Positions 61,500 to 64,000 of a stretch of 64,000 bases of DNA are shown in pieces; within the stretch, counting starts at the first letter, position 1; the number at the start of each line of letters is the position of its first letter. A program made the position numbers and the translations under genes. The notes below the pieces were generated by a model. It had not been told where the DNA came from, did not search any database, and worked only from the letters and a program-made list of their open reading frames with translations. The DNA is from the human T2T-CHM13v2.0 reference genome, Homo sapiens. The stretch lies in the NCBI RefSeq assembly GCF_009914755.1, contig NC_060928.1. One strand, given 5' to 3'.

Positions 61500-62058
61500 T
61501 AGCACTTTTATTACCTTCAGTCCTCGTGTTGTACATTAGATCTCTAGTCTTGTTCATTCTACATATCTGCTGCTTAGATCTCCTGATCGACTTCTCTCCA
61601 TACACCTCCAACCACTTTTCTGTTCTCTATGTTTGTATGTTTATTTATTTATTTTTTTAGATTTGACTTAAAAGTAAGATCATGTGGTCAGGCACAGTGG
61701 CTCATGCCTGTAATCCCAGCACTTTGGGAGGCCAAGGTGGGTAGATCATCTGAGGTCAGGAATTTGAGACCAGCCTGGCCAACATGGCGCAATCCCGTCT
61801 CTACTAAAAGTACAAAATTAGCCAGGTGTGGTGGTGCATGCCTGTAATTCCAGCTACTCTGGAGGCTGAGGCAGGAGAATCACTTGAACTGGATGCAGAG
61901 GTTGCAGTGAACCAAGATGGTGTCATGGCACTCCGGCCTGGGCAGAAAGAGTGAAACTCCACCTCAAGAAAAAAAAAAAAAAAAAAAGAGTGAGATCATG
62001 TGATTTTTTTTTTTTTTTTCTGTGTTTGGTATATTTTATTTAGCATAATGTCCTGTAG
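61500..62058 (-). mobile_element. L1MA 3' end fragment (interrupted by Alu)
   Basis: CAGTCCTCGTGTTGTACATTAGATCTCTAG...GTGAGATCATG...TTTAGCATAATGTCCT. Confidence 0.7.
61686..61987 (+). mobile_element. Alu (AluS)
   Basis: Full dimer; imperfect TSD AGTRAGATCATGT. Confidence 0.95.
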
Positions 62059-62062
62059 TCTT

Positions 62063-62371
62063 CAGTGTTGGAGGTGGGACCCGGTGGGAGGTGATTGGAT
62101 TATGGGGGTGGATTTTTTCTTGGGACTATGTTGTGATAGTGAGTGAGTTCTCATGAGATCTGGTTGTTTAAAGGTGTGTGGCACCTCCTCCCCTCTTCGT
62201 CCTGTTCCTGCCAGGTAAGATGATGGCTGCTCCCATTTGCCTTCCACCATGAGTAAAAGTTTCCTGAGGCCTCCCCAGAAGCAGATGCTACCATGCTTCC
62301 TGTACAGCCTGTGGAACCATTATCCAATTAAACACCTTTTGTTATAAGTTACCCAGCCTCAGGCATTTCTT
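62063..62371 (+). mobile_element. MSTA-like MaLR LTR, 3' end cut by a retrocopy
   Basis: TGTTGGAGGTGGG...GTGAGTGAGTTCTCATGAGATCTGGTTGTTTAAA...CCTCCCCAGAAGCAGATGCT...TACCCAGCCTCAGGCATTTCTT; terminal ~25 bp absent. Confidence 0.9.
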
Positions 62372-63188
<817 letters not shown>

Positions 63189-63196
63189 CATTTCTT

Positions 63197-63906
63197 TTTT
63201 TTTTTTAATTTTTGTTTTAAGTTCAGGGGTGCATGTGCAGGATGTGCAGGTTTGTTACATAGGTAACTGTGTTTCATGGGGATTTGTTATACAGATTATG
63301 TCAGCATCCAGGTATTAAGCCTAGTATCCATTTGTATTTTTCCTGATCCTTTCCCTCCTCCCACTTTCTACCCTCTGATAGGCCCCAGGGTGTGTTGTTC
63401 CCCTCTATATGTCCATGGGTTCTCATCATTTTGCTCCCACTTGTAAGTGAGAACATGTGGTGTTTGGTTTTCTGCTCTTGTCTTAGTTTGTTGAGAATAA
63501 TGGCTTCCAACTCCATCCATGTCCTGCAAAGAACATGATCTTGTTCCTTTCTATGGCTGCATAATATTCCATGGTGTATATGTACCATATTTTCTTTATC
63601 TAGTCTATCATTGATGGTCATTTGGGTTGATTCCATGTGCTTGCTATTGTGAATAGTGCTGCAATGAACATATGCATGCATATATCTTTATAATAGAATA
63701 ATTTATATTCCTTTGGGTATATACCCAGTAATAGGATTGCTGGGTCAAATGGTATTTCTGGTTCCAGGTCTTTCAGGAATCACCACACTGTCTTCCACAA
63801 AGGTTGAACTAGTTTACATTTCTACCGACAGTGTAAATGTGTTCCTATTTCTTTGTCACCTCATCAGCATCTGTTGTTTCTTGACTTTTTAATAATTGCC
63901 ATTCTA
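63197..63906 (-). mobile_element. L1PA (approx. L1PA11-14) 3' end
   Basis: TTTTAAGTTCAGGGGTGCATGTGCAGG...CCAGGTATTAAGCCTAGTA...ATATACCCAGTAATAGGATTGCTGGGTC; ORF 63301-63681 is L1-derived. Confidence 0.9.
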
Positions 63907-64000
63907 TGCTTTCAATTAGTCAATTTAATTCATTTACAGTTTTTTATTGATAAATAAAGACTTGCTATTTTGTTATTTACGTTCTGGTTGTTTTGTAGCT
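63900..64000 (-). mobile_element. L1MA-type sequence near the ORF2 start (runs off window)
   Basis: CTATGCTTTCAATTAGTCAATTTAATTCATTTACA...TTATTGATAAATAAAGACTT...TTCTGGTTGTTTTGTAG. Confidence 0.55.

Noticed and set aside
63301-63681. 126-aa ORF
   Set aside because: Alternative-frame read of the L1PA ORF2 end and 3' UTR

Overview
Primate (human-like) AT-rich, repeat-dominated intergenic or intronic DNA; AluJ/S/Y, L1, L2, MIR, ERV LTRs and LTR12 identify the lineage. I find no intact protein-coding gene, RNA gene or CRISPR array, and almost all ORF-track entries are chance or repeat-derived frames. The one recognisable gene-derived feature is an intronless, disabled MEST/PEG1 processed pseudogene (minus strand, 39736-41963, with TSDs) whose 5' leader appears to be that of the alternative-first-exon isoform 2. 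Two further minus-strand retrocopies are invisible to the ORF track. One is a 544-bp chimeric transcript (GC-rich leader joined to a MER50 LTR terminal segment) inserted in an LTR8A with a perfect 19-bp TSD, and its 3' end was copied again in inverted orientation about 850 bp away. The other is a 5'-truncated mRNA copy of unknown parent nested in an MSTA LTR. Other notable structures are a ~180-bp multi-hairpin palindrome cluster at 52428-52608, a fold-back inversion ending a MER39 LTR, a TSD-bounded full-length L1MA lacking its endonuclease region, an ERVL pol relic and a solo LTR12. Repeat subfamily names come from recalled consensus sequences and boundaries of old repeats are approximate. 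I see no evidence for a new multi-gene system; the best novelty candidates are retrotransposition and template-switch products.
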